A DNA stretch of 62,127 nt, filler included. It is 6 parts of 6 records of this genome, joined end to end, with 100 filler letters (N's around TTAATTAATTAA, not from the genome) between each part and the next. Parts side by side here need not be neighbours in the genome. Positions count along the whole stretch, not along the records: positions 8,103 to 25,992 come from SRR31156797_19018; 5 more parts are not named here. One strand, written 5' to 3'. A model generated the notes under the pieces. It ran no database searches, was not told where the DNA came from, and saw nothing but the letters and a program-made list of their open reading frames with translations. Below, one piece after another: positions 8,347 to 18,952 of this stretch. Position 1 is the first letter of the stretch. Each line of letters begins with the position of its first letter. The position numbers and the translations under genes were made by a program.

Positions 8347-9318
8347 ATGGCAAAAGTTAAATTCAGATATAATCCGGAGACCTTAAGTTACGATAAGATT
8401 GAAACTGGCTTTAAGTATTATTTTAGGAAAGTTTTATTCTATTTCTTTTTTGGCGGTGTTCTTGGCCTGGTTTACTTTTTTGCATATTCTTATCTAATAG
8501 ATAGTCCTAAAGAAAAAAGGTTACTTAGGGAAAATACCCGTTTAACAACACAGATAGAAATTATAAGTAAACGTCTGGATGAAACAGTAAAGGTGCTGGA
8601 TGATATTCAACGCCGAGATGAAAATATTTACAGGGTAATTTTTCAGGCAGATTCTATTCCAAATTCTATTCGAAAAGCGGGCTTTGGTGGTGTAAATCGT
8701 TACGAAGGGTTGGAGGATTTAGAAAGTGCTGACTTGGTTATATCTACAGCAAAAAAGCTGGATGTAATTATGAAGCAGACTTACATTCAGTCAAAATCTT
8801 TTGATGAGATTGAAGATTTGGCCAAAAGAAAGGAAGAGTTTTTAAGGTGTACTCCAGCTATTATGCCTATTTCGAATAAAGATTTAAAGCGAACAGCTTC
8901 CGGTTGGGGATATCGTATTCACCCTATTTACAAAACACGTCGATTTCACTCAGGTATGGATTTTACGGCTCCAACAGGAACTGAAATTTACGCCACAGGA
9001 GACGGTACTATTAAACGTATAACCCGCGAAAAAACAGGCTATGGTAACCGAATTGAAGTTGATCATGGTTTTGGATACGTAACACTTTATGCACACTTAA
9101 GTGAGTTTAATGTAAGAAAAGGACAGAAAGTGAAGAGGGGAGATGTGATAGGTTTTGTCGGGAGTACCGGAACTTCAACTGCTCCGCACTTACATTACGA
9201 GGTGCACGTTAAAAACAGAAAGGTTAATCCTTCTCATTATTATTTTAATGATTTGTCAGCCGATGAATATGAAGAAATGATTAATATTTCATCTAATTCA
9301 AACCAGACTTTCGATTAA
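8347..9318 (+). CDS. M23 family peptidoglycan endopeptidase
   Basis: HSGMDF, YAHL, TAPHLHYEV; N-terminal TM and coiled coil. Likely start MAKVKF. Confidence 0.92.
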   Translation: MAKVKFRYNPETLSYDKIETGFKYYFRKVLFYFFFGGVLGLVYFFAYSYLIDSPKEKRLLRENTRLTTQIEIISKRLDETVKVLDDIQRRDENIYRVIFQADSIPNSIRKAGFGGVNRYEGLEDLESADLVISTAKKLDVIMKQTYIQSKSFDEIEDLAKRKEEFLRCTPAIMPISNKDLKRTASGWGYRIHPIYKTRRFHSGMDFTAPTGTEIYATGDGTIKRITREKTGYGNRIEVDHGFGYVTLYAHLSEFNVRKGQKVKRGDVIGFVGSTGTSTAPHLHYEVHVKNRKVNPSHYYFNDLSADEYEEMINISSNSNQTFD

Positions 9319-9334
9319 GAATAATGAAATGCTA

Positions 9335-9661
9335 TTAAAATAATAAATGGTAAGGTCTGGCCAGATCTTCCTTTAAAACCATTAAGCTAAGATTTCTACT
9401 ATAGCGTTTATACTCCTTACCTTGAACATAAATAATAATTGCAGGTGCTGTAAACACACTATTCTGAGCAGCTAATTCGGCGTTGATTTCTATATTACAA
9501 TAATTTAAAATTGCTTTTGGGAATTCTTCAGAAAGTAATTGCTCAATTTTTGGCAATAAAACTTTACATACAGAACATTTATCGTGAGAGAAGTAACTAA
9601 GAACTACCTCTTCTTTGCTTATCATTTGATTAAATGAAGCTAATGATGTAGTAGTAATCAT
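9335..9661 (-). CDS. Thioredoxin-family protein
   Basis: CSVC motif, thioredoxin length and pattern. Confidence 0.85.
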   Translation of the reverse strand: MITTTSLASFNQMISKEEVVLSYFSHDKCSVCKVLLPKIEQLLSEEFPKAILNYCNIEINAELAAQNSVFTAPAIIIYVQGKEYKRYSRNLSLMVLKEDLARPYHLLF

Positions 9662-9677
9662 TTTTCAAAAAGAATTA

Positions 9678-10040
9678 TTAGTATTGCTTAGTACTCAGCA
9701 TAACAAGTGTACATGCATGTAAAACATCAATATTGTGTTGCTGTGCAAAGGTTTCAATTTCGGGATTTTCTGTTCCTGGATTTAAAATGATTCTCTGTGG
9801 TTTTAGTTCTGCAATAACATCGAAATAACCAGGCTGATGTTTAGGACCAACATACATTGTTACTGTATGAATGTCTTCTTTTGTTCCTAGTTCTTTTTGT
9901 ATAGGAATTCCTGCTACATTTCCCGGTCTTAAACCAACTGCCACAACCGGATGATTATTTTCAACCAATTTGTTAATAGCCTTAAAAGAATATCTCTCAG
10001 GATTTTCACTTGCTCCAATTACTAATGTTCTTTTGCTCAT
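9678..10040 (-). CDS. CoA-binding protein (YccU-like)
   Basis: TLVIGASENPERYS, IILNPGTEN, ACTLVML. Confidence 0.9.
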   Translation of the reverse strand: MSKRTLVIGASENPERYSFKAINKLVENNHPVVAVGLRPGNVAGIPIQKELGTKEDIHTVTMYVGPKHQPGYFDVIAELKPQRIILNPGTENPEIETFAQQHNIDVLHACTLVMLSTKQY

Positions 10041-10105
10041 ACATAAAATTATTTGCATGTAAAAATACAAAACACTACTATGTATGCAAATATATAAATA
10101 AGTGT

Positions 10106-10582
10106 TTATTTGATGATTAATACACTTGCATATGCGGCAATTCCATCCTGAGTACCTACAAATCCAAGTTTTTCGGTGGTAGTGGCTTTTATGGCTATAT
10201 CTTCAGAATCAATATTCATTACTTCAGCTAAAACAGATTGCATCTCAGGTATTAAATCCTTTAGTTTTGGTTTTTCAAGGCAGATTGTAGAATCTATATT
10301 GCTAATAGAGTAACCTTTGCTGGCTATTATTTCAACGGTTCTTTTGAGTAGTATTTTACTGTCAATTCCTTTAAAGTCATCAGAAGTATCTGGAAAGTGA
10401 TAACCGATATCTCTCATGTTGGCAGCTCCAAGCAATGCATCGCAAATGGCATGAATCAATACATCTCCATCCGAATGGCCTATTGAACCTTTTATATATG
10501 GAATATAAATACCTCCAATCCAAAGCTCTTCACCTTCGCCAAGTTTATGAACATCATAACCAAAACCAACTCGTATTTTCAT
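10106..10582 (-). CDS. ispF: 2-C-methyl-D-erythritol 2,4-cyclodiphosphate synthase
   Basis: RVGFGYDVH, GHSDGDVLIHAICDALLGA, KATTTEKLGF. Confidence 0.98.
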   Translation of the reverse strand: MKIRVGFGYDVHKLGEGEELWIGGIYIPYIKGSIGHSDGDVLIHAICDALLGAANMRDIGYHFPDTSDDFKGIDSKILLKRTVEIIASKGYSISNIDSTICLEKPKLKDLIPEMQSVLAEVMNIDSEDIAIKATTTEKLGFVGTQDGIAAYASVLIIK

Positions 10583-10603
10583 AATTGTATTTGTTTTTTA
10601 TGC

Positions 10604-10640
10604 AAAAATAAAAAATCCCGGACAGTGATATCCGGGATTT
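10604..10640 (-). terminator. Terminator after porV
   Basis: AAATCCCGGA...TCCGGGATTT stem with a T run on the minus strand. Confidence 0.75.
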
Positions 10641-10663
10641 ATATATTCTGTAATTAATTTATT

Positions 10664-11779
10664 TTATCTTCCAAAAGCTTCGTCAAGATCAAAACCTAAA
10701 CTAAACCTTAAAGTATTAGCTAATGGATTATTCTGAGCAATGGCAATTATATAAGATGCATCTACAGTAAGCATATTAAACTTTAAACCAAGACCTGCTG
10801 TTGCAAATTTTCTATTTCCTACTAGTTCATCTTCGTGATAATAACCGGCTCTTAATGCAAATTGATCATTGTATAGATATTCTCCTCCTGCAGAAATTCT
10901 TAAATCATGAACTTTAAAATCGCCAAACGACTGGAAAAATGAAGCAGGAACAGATAGATCACTTTTATCCTCACCTTCACTATTTTTGGCAACCATTAAA
11001 CGGTTAATATCTATAGTAAATTCAACTTTGTTATATCGATCAACTTCTACTTTATAAGCTGTACCTATTCTTAAGTTAGCTGGAAGAAACTCTTTTTCAT
11101 CTCCACCATTATAGGAAACTTTAGAGCCAATATTGGAAATATTAAGACCAGCAGAAATATCACCTCTTTTTCCTCCCCATTTCACTCTATTGGTATAATA
11201 AAAGTTTAAATCAGCAGCAAAAGCATTACCTGGTTCTGAACCGTCAGAATACGAACCGTTGTTTATGTCTGATCTAATGTATCTAAAAGCAACAGAACCG
11301 GCAAAGTTATCAGATAATTTACGAGAATAGGCTGCATCAAAAGCTAGTTCATTTGGTTTACCTTCAGAAAGAGCTTTTCCTGCATCATCGGTAAATTGAA
11401 TATAGCCTAACGAAAAGTATCTCATAGATGCACTAAAGGTTTGCATTTTGTCAATACGTTTGAAAAAGCTTAAATAATACAAGTTAATATCACCTACTAA
11501 ATCACGTAGCCAAGGGGTAAACGATAAACCAACAGCCATATCTTTATCTAGAAAGGCATATTTTGAAGAGTTCCAATGCTGAGAGTTAACATCTGGCGAA
11601 GTCGCAACTCCAGCGTCACCCATAGCACCCCCTCTGGATTCTGGAGATATAGTTAAAAAAGGAGTTGTAGTTCGTGGAAAAGCTTCCGTTTTGTCTACTA
11701 CATTTTGAGCTGTTATATTAATTGTAGATACGGTTAGTAAAAAAAGTAAACCAACAGATCTTAAAAAAGTGTTTTGCAT
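10664..11779 (-). CDS. porV: Type IX secretion system outer-membrane shuttle PorV
   Basis: PFLTISPESRGGAMGD, SFTPWL, NPLANTLRFSL; porU-porV-ispF synteny. Confidence 0.95.
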   Translation of the reverse strand: MQNTFLRSVGLLFLLTVSTINITAQNVVDKTEAFPRTTTPFLTISPESRGGAMGDAGVATSPDVNSQHWNSSKYAFLDKDMAVGLSFTPWLRDLVGDINLYYLSFFKRIDKMQTFSASMRYFSLGYIQFTDDAGKALSEGKPNELAFDAAYSRKLSDNFAGSVAFRYIRSDINNGSYSDGSEPGNAFAADLNFYYTNRVKWGGKRGDISAGLNISNIGSKVSYNGGDEKEFLPANLRIGTAYKVEVDRYNKVEFTIDINRLMVAKNSEGEDKSDLSVPASFFQSFGDFKVHDLRISAGGEYLYNDQFALRAGYYHEDELVGNRKFATAGLGLKFNMLTVDASYIIAIAQNNPLANTLRFSLGFDLDEAFGR

Positions 11780-11835
11780 GTTTATGTTCGTTTTTTAATT
11801 GGACTACAAATGTAAACTCAAAAAACTTAATTTTA

Positions 11836-14800
11836 TTATGGAGTTACAATAAATTTTCCTGAAACTTCACCTGTTTTTACACTTTGAGAAGATATTACCA
11901 ATTTGAAGAAATATAAACCTGTTCCAAAATTAGAACCATTACTTCCTGATGTTTCTATTGTAATAGGAGGTGTAGTTTCGTTTAATGAGATGATTGATTC
12001 ATTTTGTTGAGCTACTAATTGGCCATCTTTATCATATATAAAAAGTTGAGTATCTAATCTCGAATTAGGTTCGTCATGTTCAAAACTAAAAGAGATTTCC
12101 TGTCCTAATTGTACTGGGTTAGGGTATAATTTAGTATTTAAAATAGTAAGGTTATTCTTAGCCTTAATATTAAAAGTAAGACTTGTCTTAGATGAGTTGT
12201 TGAATGTGTCCCAAGCCTTAACAGTTAAAGTATGACTACCCTTACTAAGGTTACTTAATTGATAATATACACTTCCTTTTTGGTAGCTATTACTGGCAGA
12301 TTCAAAGTAATTGTTTAGTATAATAGGGTTTGAAGAATCTTCGTCAATAATACAAGTAATATCATGGCCTATTCCAGCACCTGTAGTATTTATTCCAGAA
12401 GCATCAGTTATATCTGCAATTAGCAAAGGAGATGATCCAACTACTCCACCATTATTAAAACTTCTATTATTAAGCCATAAACTAATTTCGGGGCCTTCTC
12501 CATCGTTAACTGCATCTTCATTTATTCCTCCAACAATAATATCGCTAAAAGCACCAAAACCTTCTGTACTATCCTCACTTGAATATGCATAATAGCTTAT
12601 CTTACCATTATCGAAGTTGTATCGAATATCTTTAGGAACAATGAACTCTGTTTCAAATTGTCCATTTGTAACATCTGTACTACCTTTAAAAATAATGTTG
12701 TTATAAGTATAGTAAGAAAATGGAGTTGCTCCATTGTTACCTCTTGTAATAACATTATTCTGTTTATCGTACACACTAATATAGATTTCTCCATTGAAGT
12801 TATTAGATGTATTGTTTTGATCATCAGTAATGTTACCTTTAATGTTGACTTTACTCATTGCCTTAAGTGTGTCTGCTGCAAACCATGTTATTTCGTTATT
12901 TTCTATTTTAAATAATGCACTATCATTAATGTGAGTAGTTTGTACATTTGCTTTAGGGTAAATCAAGCTTAGAGCAGGGTCCCCAAGCAAAGTGAAATTT
13001 AATTTATTAACACTTGCAGAGATGTTGTTTTTTGTATGCTGCATTACCTGTCCTAAAGTATATGGAGTACCGTCTTCGTTTTTTTCAAAGATATAATCGT
13101 AAAAACTATTATTTAGGCTATAGTTTAGACTTGAATATACTATACGGGTTGTAGTATATAATGCTATTCCTCCACCATGGCTATTTAGAAAAATCCATTC
13201 TCCAGAAGTTGTTTCTTCATTATCATCAAATCGACTAAATTCACACGTGGCTGTAACAAATACAGGTAATTTATCAATGTTATTCCAAGATTGAATTTTT
13301 TCTTTGGTTATAATTTTTTCAGATGAGAGCACTTCTGTACTTCCATGTCCTGTATAATTAAAGATTAGTGTTCCATCATGTATTCTACTTTCAGTTTTCT
13401 CTTCTAATTCTGGAACAGATTGTCCTGTTGATGTATTTAATTTTTCATAATTATCTATGTAAAACTTTCTAATATCGTATTCAGGGTGAGTATTGTCTAC
13501 TTTAATAGTTAATTTATTTGCGTCATTCATATGAACATTACTATCGCCATCATCAGCTAAAAATGTCAATTGATTCTTCCAGTTTTCTAATGATTGTGTA
13601 TGTAAATATGCATAAGTTTTGTCTACTGCATTTTTAGCCTCTTCTACTGTATTAACAGGAAAACGCCCAATACCAATATCAACCTTATTCGATTTAATAT
13701 TAACTCCTTCACCAGCATCTAGCACCCCCATGTAATCATCAGATACAAAAGAGTTCGTTTGGTGTATTGAATTATCAGATTGATAAGTTGGGATTTTGTT
13801 TGTATTATCTTCGATATTTGGTCTGTTGTCGTAGGAGCCATCACCAAACAGTAACAAGTTCTTTGGCTTATTATCGTTATTATCACCAGCCTTATCGTAT
13901 AACATTTTCACAAAACATCTAATGGCAGTTACATCTGGAATTCCTGATGAAAATTCATTGTAAATTTGTTCTGTAGTGGCAACTACAAAACTAGTCCCAT
14001 TATATTCTTTGTGAATATTACCCAACCTTTCTGCTTGTTCTATAAAATCAGGATGTGATACAATTATATAATCAACAAAAGGAGTTGCATGAAGATCTTG
14101 ATTTTCGATGTTCTCCTTAAACTCAGGACTAGGGAAGTTATCATCCGGATTAAAGGCTACAAATTCTTTTAATTCATTCGCTTGATAAATAAAACTAATT
14201 TCGTCATTAGATTTAGAGGTGCTAACTTCTTGTGGAATCATAGGACTTGTAACATCCCAAACAATAATGTTTTTAGTAGTTTCAATATTGTATTTTGCAT
14301 AATTATGACTTCCAACAATATCTTGATTTCTAAATGATAGGTCTTTTTCTGAAAAGATAAGTTTACAGTCTACATTAACACAAATATAATCTAGGTATCC
14401 GATAGATGAAGATTGCGATGCAGAAAGGTCATAGCTAAGACTTAAGTTTAAATTTGAAGTAGGGTTATTAAAAGAAGTGTTAATTACACCTTCACGGGCA
14501 AAGTAACTTGTATGTTCTGATAAATTTACATTATAGATTATAGTACTGTCAACTAATACATTATTTATATACATGTCAAACCAAGTACGTTGTCCTGATC
14601 TTCCAGCTAGTTTAGCATATGCCTTTCCAACTGAAGATGGTTTCACATTCTCAAAATTAAATTCAAAATCAAGAGATGGAGAACTATAATAATCAAATTG
14701 CTCACCAAACCATACATTTCCTGATTTCAATAGATTAAAATTATCTTCTTCGTGGTAATCATAAGCATTATAATAATCTGTCTCAATATTAAATGTATTT

Positions 14801-15711
14801 GATTGCAGAGTTGACGTTTCGACATTTTTTGATAATTCAGCTTTTTCAGTAATAAAATAGTATGAATTGTCACTAAATTTATGTTTTTGATGGATAAATA
14901 AACCCTGGATGTTATCATATTCCCATACGATAGGGCCTTGTGCATAGAAATATACAGCATTATTATGATGCCATATGCCATTTTCTATTAAATCATCTGG
15001 TCGATATTCATCATTAGATGAAGGAAGCATTTTTCCTCCATTACCATAAATACCGACGTTTTCAGGATTTGAAATCCCCCAATTTTGCAATGTTGAATAG
15101 GATATTTTATGAATTCCGGTCTTTTGAACTTGAACTTTTATCCATTCCCCATTACTTAAAATGGAATTGTCAGCATATGAGTTTGTATAAGATGAAGCAG
15201 ATTTAAGATCAATATTTACATCCTTAATTTTGTATTTTAAATTTATTGTATAAGAAGTTAGTTTTTTAAAAGATGGAGCATCTTTTTCAATAAAAACCGG
15301 CGTAATAATTAAATCAAGAAATTTTTTATCGCCAACTGAAGAGACACTATAAGAATAGTTTATACTATCATTATTTACCTTATCGATGAAATGTTGATGC
15401 TCAACAGGTGTTGGCCATATAAAATCAAGATTATTTAGGTTCAATTTAATACTGGAAATATCAATGTTCTTAGGTAACGGAACTACTTCGGTATGAAAAG
15501 GAATTTCAGTCTCTGAATTCAGATCACCCATGTTGCTGAATTGCAAAAAAACTTTTTCTGAAGAATCACCTTTATTTAATATTGTTGGATCATACCAATC
15601 AATGTTCTTTTTTTCAATAATTGAATGTTGTGCAGTTAAGGATAAACAAACAACATTAAGCATTCCCCACAAAAAAAACTTAAAAAACTGCATATAATTA
15701 ATTGTCTTCAT
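11836..15711 (-). CDS. porU: Type IX secretion sortase PorU (C25 gingipain-like)
   Basis: LLLFGDGSYD, IGIGRFP, NYTGHG, TATCEFSRFD, LLGDPAL, C-terminal YPNP CTD. Start uncertain. Confidence 0.95.
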   Translation of the reverse strand: MKTINYMQFFKFFLWGMLNVVCLSLTAQHSIIEKKNIDWYDPTILNKGDSSEKVFLQFSNMGDLNSETEIPFHTEVVPLPKNIDISSIKLNLNNLDFIWPTPVEHQHFIDKVNNDSINYSYSVSSVGDKKFLDLIITPVFIEKDAPSFKKLTSYTINLKYKIKDVNIDLKSASSYTNSYADNSILSNGEWIKVQVQKTGIHKISYSTLQNWGISNPENVGIYGNGGKMLPSSNDEYRPDDLIENGIWHHNNAVYFYAQGPIVWEYDNIQGLFIHQKHKFSDNSYYFITEKAELSKNVETSTLQSNTFNIETDYYNAYDYHEEDNFNLLKSGNVWFGEQFDYYSSPSLDFEFNFENVKPSSVGKAYAKLAGRSGQRTWFDMYINNVLVDSTIIYNVNLSEHTSYFAREGVINTSFNNPTSNLNLSLSYDLSASQSSSIGYLDYICVNVDCKLIFSEKDLSFRNQDIVGSHNYAKYNIETTKNIIVWDVTSPMIPQEVSTSKSNDEISFIYQANELKEFVAFNPDDNFPSPEFKENIENQDLHATPFVDYIIVSHPDFIEQAERLGNIHKEYNGTSFVVATTEQIYNEFSSGIPDVTAIRCFVKMLYDKAGDNNDNKPKNLLLFGDGSYDNRPNIEDNTNKIPTYQSDNSIHQTNSFVSDDYMGVLDAGEGVNIKSNKVDIGIGRFPVNTVEEAKNAVDKTYAYLHTQSLENWKNQLTFLADDGDSNVHMNDANKLTIKVDNTHPEYDIRKFYIDNYEKLNTSTGQSVPELEEKTESRIHDGTLIFNYTGHGSTEVLSSEKIITKEKIQSWNNIDKLPVFVTATCEFSRFDDNEETTSGEWIFLNSHGGGIALYTTTRIVYSSLNYSLNNSFYDYIFEKNEDGTPYTLGQVMQHTKNNISASVNKLNFTLLGDPALSLIYPKANVQTTHINDSALFKIENNEITWFAADTLKAMSKVNIKGNITDDQNNTSNNFNGEIYISVYDKQNNVITRGNNGATPFSYYTYNNIIFKGSTDVTNGQFETEFIVPKDIRYNFDNGKISYYAYSSEDSTEGFGAFSDIIVGGINEDAVNDGEGPEISLWLNNRSFNNGGVVGSSPLLIADITDASGINTTGAGIGHDITCIIDEDSSNPIILNNYFESASNSYQKGSVYYQLSNLSKGSHTLTVKAWDTFNNSSKTSLTFNIKAKNNLTILNTKLYPNPVQLGQEISFSFEHDEPNSRLDTQLFIYDKDGQLVAQQNESIISLNETTPPITIETSGSNGSNFGTGLYFFKLVISSQSVKTGEVSGKFIVTP

Positions 15712-16090
15712 AAATATCAACCCAGTATTAAAACGTAAAATCAAGTAAGTTGTTTCTAAATTGGAAACAAAAATAAAAAATATCACAACATTTAATCTGT
15801 TGATTATACTATTGTGCTATTTGCAAACGTTATAAGAATATAATTATTGTATAATTATTAGATAGATGTGTTAATTAAATTATTAAATTATGAGGATTTT
15901 TATTTTACCTTGAATAATAATTTTTACTTTTATGCAGTTTTATATATTACAGTGATAAAAAAAGAGAAAGAAAGATTTCAGGATTATAACCTTTTTCTAT
16001 TTTTGCAGTATAAGGCATAGAATTATATCATAAAATTATTGGTATTTTAGTTTTAAATTAAAAAGAAAAAATAAATATTATATTTTCGCT

Positions 16091-17584
16091 ATGAGCTTGA
16101 AAGTTAGATTATTCCACGTTGTTCTTTTGTTAGGTGTTGTTATTGTAACTTCTTGTAGTAAAGGAAGTACAGGCAATGTTTCTTCAGTTACCGGTTGGGA
16201 GTATAACACCCCTGAAAATGGAGGTTTTGAATTTTATGATGGCTACGAACAGGAATTAGGTCCAGGTTTAAGGTTTATCGAAGGAGGTACCTTTATTATG
16301 GGAAGGGTAGAGCAGGATGTTCTTTATGATTGGAATAATGTTCCAAGAAGAGTAACTGTACCATCGTTTTATATGGATGAAACAGAAGTTAAAAATGTTG
16401 ACTATCGAGAGTATTTATATTGGATTAACCGTGTATTTGTAGATTATCCTGAAGTGTATAAAAAAGCACTTCCTGATACATTGGTTTGGCGTAGATCATT
16501 GGCCTTTAATGAGCCGATGATGGAAAATTACTTTCGTCACACAGCTTATAGTAAATATCCTGTAGTAGGTGTTAATTGGTTGCAAGCTAATGATTTTTGC
16601 CAATGGAGAACAGATAGGGTAAATGAAAAAATTCTTGTTGAAAGAGGTATTCTTGAAATGGATGTAAACCAACAAGGTGAAAATAATTTTAATACCGAAG
16701 CCTATTTGTATGGACAATATGATGGTATTGCAGGTAAAAGACCAATGGAAGATTTAGATCCAAATAAAGATAGCAGACGTGTGCGTTGGGAAGATGGAAT
16801 TTTATTACCTCGTTATCGTCTCCCAACTGAAGCAGAATGGGAATATGCTGCTCTAGGATTAATTGGTAATTCCCAAGAAGAAAGAATGACAAATCGTCGA
16901 ATTTATCCTTGGGATGGTCATATTACTCGAAATGCAGATAAAGCTGAGCGTGGTAAAATGATGGCTAACTTTGTAAGAAGTCGAGGTGACTATATGGGTA
17001 TGGCCGGAGACTTAAATGATAAAGGAGATATCACAGTTGATGTCCACTCATATTATCCGAATGACTATGGTCTTTATTGTATGGCAGGTAATGTAAATGA
17101 GTGGGTAGCAGATGTTTATCGTCCGTTGTCATTTGATGAAGTAGATGAATTTAGTCCTTTCCGAGGTAATGAATTTAAAACTAAAGTAGTTGATGAAGAA
17201 GGGTATTTGGTTGAAAAAGATAGTTTAGGTCGAATTCGTTACAGGTTAGAAGAAGATAAGGATATTTTAGATAGAAAAAACTATAGGACTGCAGATAACC
17301 GTAACTATAGAGATGGGGATTCACAAACGAATATTACTGTTGGTGATTCATGGTTAGATACAGAAAATGAGACCAAAGATATGTATGGAAAACATACTGG
17401 TAAAATGGGTTCATTAGTTTCAGATAGAACTAGGGTTTATAAAGGAGGTTCTTGGAGAGATAGAGCATATTGGTTAAGTCCTGGAGCAAGAAGATATTTA
17501 GATGAGCGTGAGGCAAGAGATGATCTAGGGTTTAGATGTGCGATGACAAGAGTGGGTAATCCTGTTATGGGAAAAACTAAATAA
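16091..17584 (+). CDS. gldJ: Gliding motility lipoprotein GldJ
   Basis: Lipobox VTSC, FGE-sulfatase motifs (RLPTEAEWEYAA, MAGNVNEW, GFRC); divergent from porU and upstream of murF. Confidence 0.92.
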   Translation: MSLKVRLFHVVLLLGVVIVTSCSKGSTGNVSSVTGWEYNTPENGGFEFYDGYEQELGPGLRFIEGGTFIMGRVEQDVLYDWNNVPRRVTVPSFYMDETEVKNVDYREYLYWINRVFVDYPEVYKKALPDTLVWRRSLAFNEPMMENYFRHTAYSKYPVVGVNWLQANDFCQWRTDRVNEKILVERGILEMDVNQQGENNFNTEAYLYGQYDGIAGKRPMEDLDPNKDSRRVRWEDGILLPRYRLPTEAEWEYAALGLIGNSQEERMTNRRIYPWDGHITRNADKAERGKMMANFVRSRGDYMGMAGDLNDKGDITVDVHSYYPNDYGLYCMAGNVNEWVADVYRPLSFDEVDEFSPFRGNEFKTKVVDEEGYLVEKDSLGRIRYRLEEDKDILDRKNYRTADNRNYRDGDSQTNITVGDSWLDTENETKDMYGKHTGKMGSLVSDRTRVYKGGSWRDRAYWLSPGARRYLDEREARDDLGFRCAMTRVGNPVMGKTK

Positions 17585-17611
17585 GCGAAAGATATTTGCA
17601 TTTTTTTGCAG

Positions 17612-17642
17612 AAGGCTGATTCAATTGAATCAGCCTTTTTTT
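17612..17642 (+). terminator. Terminator after gldJ
   Basis: AAGGCTGATTCAA/TTGAATCAGCCTT inverted repeat followed by a T run. Confidence 0.75.
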
Positions 17643-17653
17643 ATTTTTGTGAT

Positions 17654-18952
17654 ATGTCTAAAATTAAGGAATTATATCAACTGTATATATCGTCAACAGG
17701 TGTATGTACGGATACCCGAAAAATAAATAAGGGATGTCTTTTTTTTGCACTAAAGGGTGCTAATTTTAATGGTAATCTATTCGCAGAAACAGCGCTTAAG
17801 CAAGGAGCGTATAGGGCTGTTGTGGATGATGCAACTGTTGTACAAGGGGATAATTATATATTAGTTGATGATGTATTAAAAAGTCTGCAAGATCTAGCGG
17901 TTTATCATAGGCAACAATTGAATATTCCTGTAATAGGTATAACTGGCACTAATGGAAAGACTACAACAAAAGAGCTAGCTGCAGCAGTTTTAGCTAAAAA
18001 GTATAATGTACTTGCGACAAAGGGAAATTTAAATAATCATATAGGAGTTCCTTTAACTTTATTGTCAATTAATTCTTCTATTGAATTAGCTGTGATAGAA
18101 ATGGGGGCAAATCATCCCGGAGAAATTGACTTTCTTTGTCAGATTGCTCAGCCGGATTTTGGATTGATTACCAATGTAGGGATGGCGCATTTAGAGGGTT
18201 TTGGATCATTTGAAGGGGTGAAGAAAACAAAAGCAGAACTATACAATTATCTTCAGGAGAATAAAGGATTGATCTTTAAGAATTCAGGAAATAAGTATTT
18301 AAAGGATATGTTGCCAAAGGATTCAAAGTTGTTTAATTATGGCATTGATGAGAATGATAGAATTCGGGTAAGGAATGTTGGTTCTAACACGGTGCTTTCT
18401 TTTGAAGTATTTATTGATAATGAACCTTTAAAGATTGAATCTAATTTAATTGGATCGTATAATTTGGAGAATATACTGGCTGCAATTTCTTTAGGGTGCT
18501 ATTTTGGAGTAAATAAAGAGGATGTTGCTTTAGCCATAAAAGAATATATTCCTGAAAATAATAGGTCGCAATTAGTGTCTACTGAGAAAAACGAAGTATT
18601 ATTTGATGCCTATAATGCTAATCCAGCAAGTTTAAATGCTGCACTTGAAAATCTAATAGGAATTGATAAAAAGAATAAATCAGTTATACTTGGAGAAATG
18701 AAGGAGTTGGGAGACGAGAGCTGTAAAGAGCATAAAAGAGTAGTTGATTTTCTTAAAAAGAATCTGCTTCATAAGGTGGTTTTGATTGGGGAAAGTTATA
18801 AAAAGGTGTTGAATGGAAATGAAGGGTTTTTATGGTTTAAGAATGTAGATGAGTGTATAGAAAGGTTTAATGAAGTAGGATTAAAAGATGCTTTTGTTTT
18901 GGTAAAGGGATCTAGGAGTAATCAATTAGAAAAACTAAAGCAAGTTTTGTAG
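17654..18952 (+). CDS. murF: UDP-MurNAc-tripeptide--D-Ala-D-Ala ligase
   Basis: DTRK, ITGTNGKTTTKE, NNHIGVP, EMGANH, DAYNANP, KGSR. Confidence 0.97.
   Translation: MSKIKELYQLYISSTGVCTDTRKINKGCLFFALKGANFNGNLFAETALKQGAYRAVVDDATVVQGDNYILVDDVLKSLQDLAVYHRQQLNIPVIGITGTNGKTTTKELAAAVLAKKYNVLATKGNLNNHIGVPLTLLSINSSIELAVIEMGANHPGEIDFLCQIAQPDFGLITNVGMAHLEGFGSFEGVKKTKAELYNYLQENKGLIFKNSGNKYLKDMLPKDSKLFNYGIDENDRIRVRNVGSNTVLSFEVFIDNEPLKIESNLIGSYNLENILAAISLGCYFGVNKEDVALAIKEYIPENNRSQLVSTEKNEVLFDAYNANPASLNAALENLIGIDKKNKSVILGEMKELGDESCKEHKRVVDFLKKNLLHKVVLIGESYKKVLNGNEGFLWFKNVDECIERFNEVGLKDAFVLVKGSRSNQLEKLKQVL

Noticed and set aside
10106-18952. porU-porV-ispF / gldJ-murF cluster as a novel system
   Set aside because: Well-known conserved Bacteroidota synteny.
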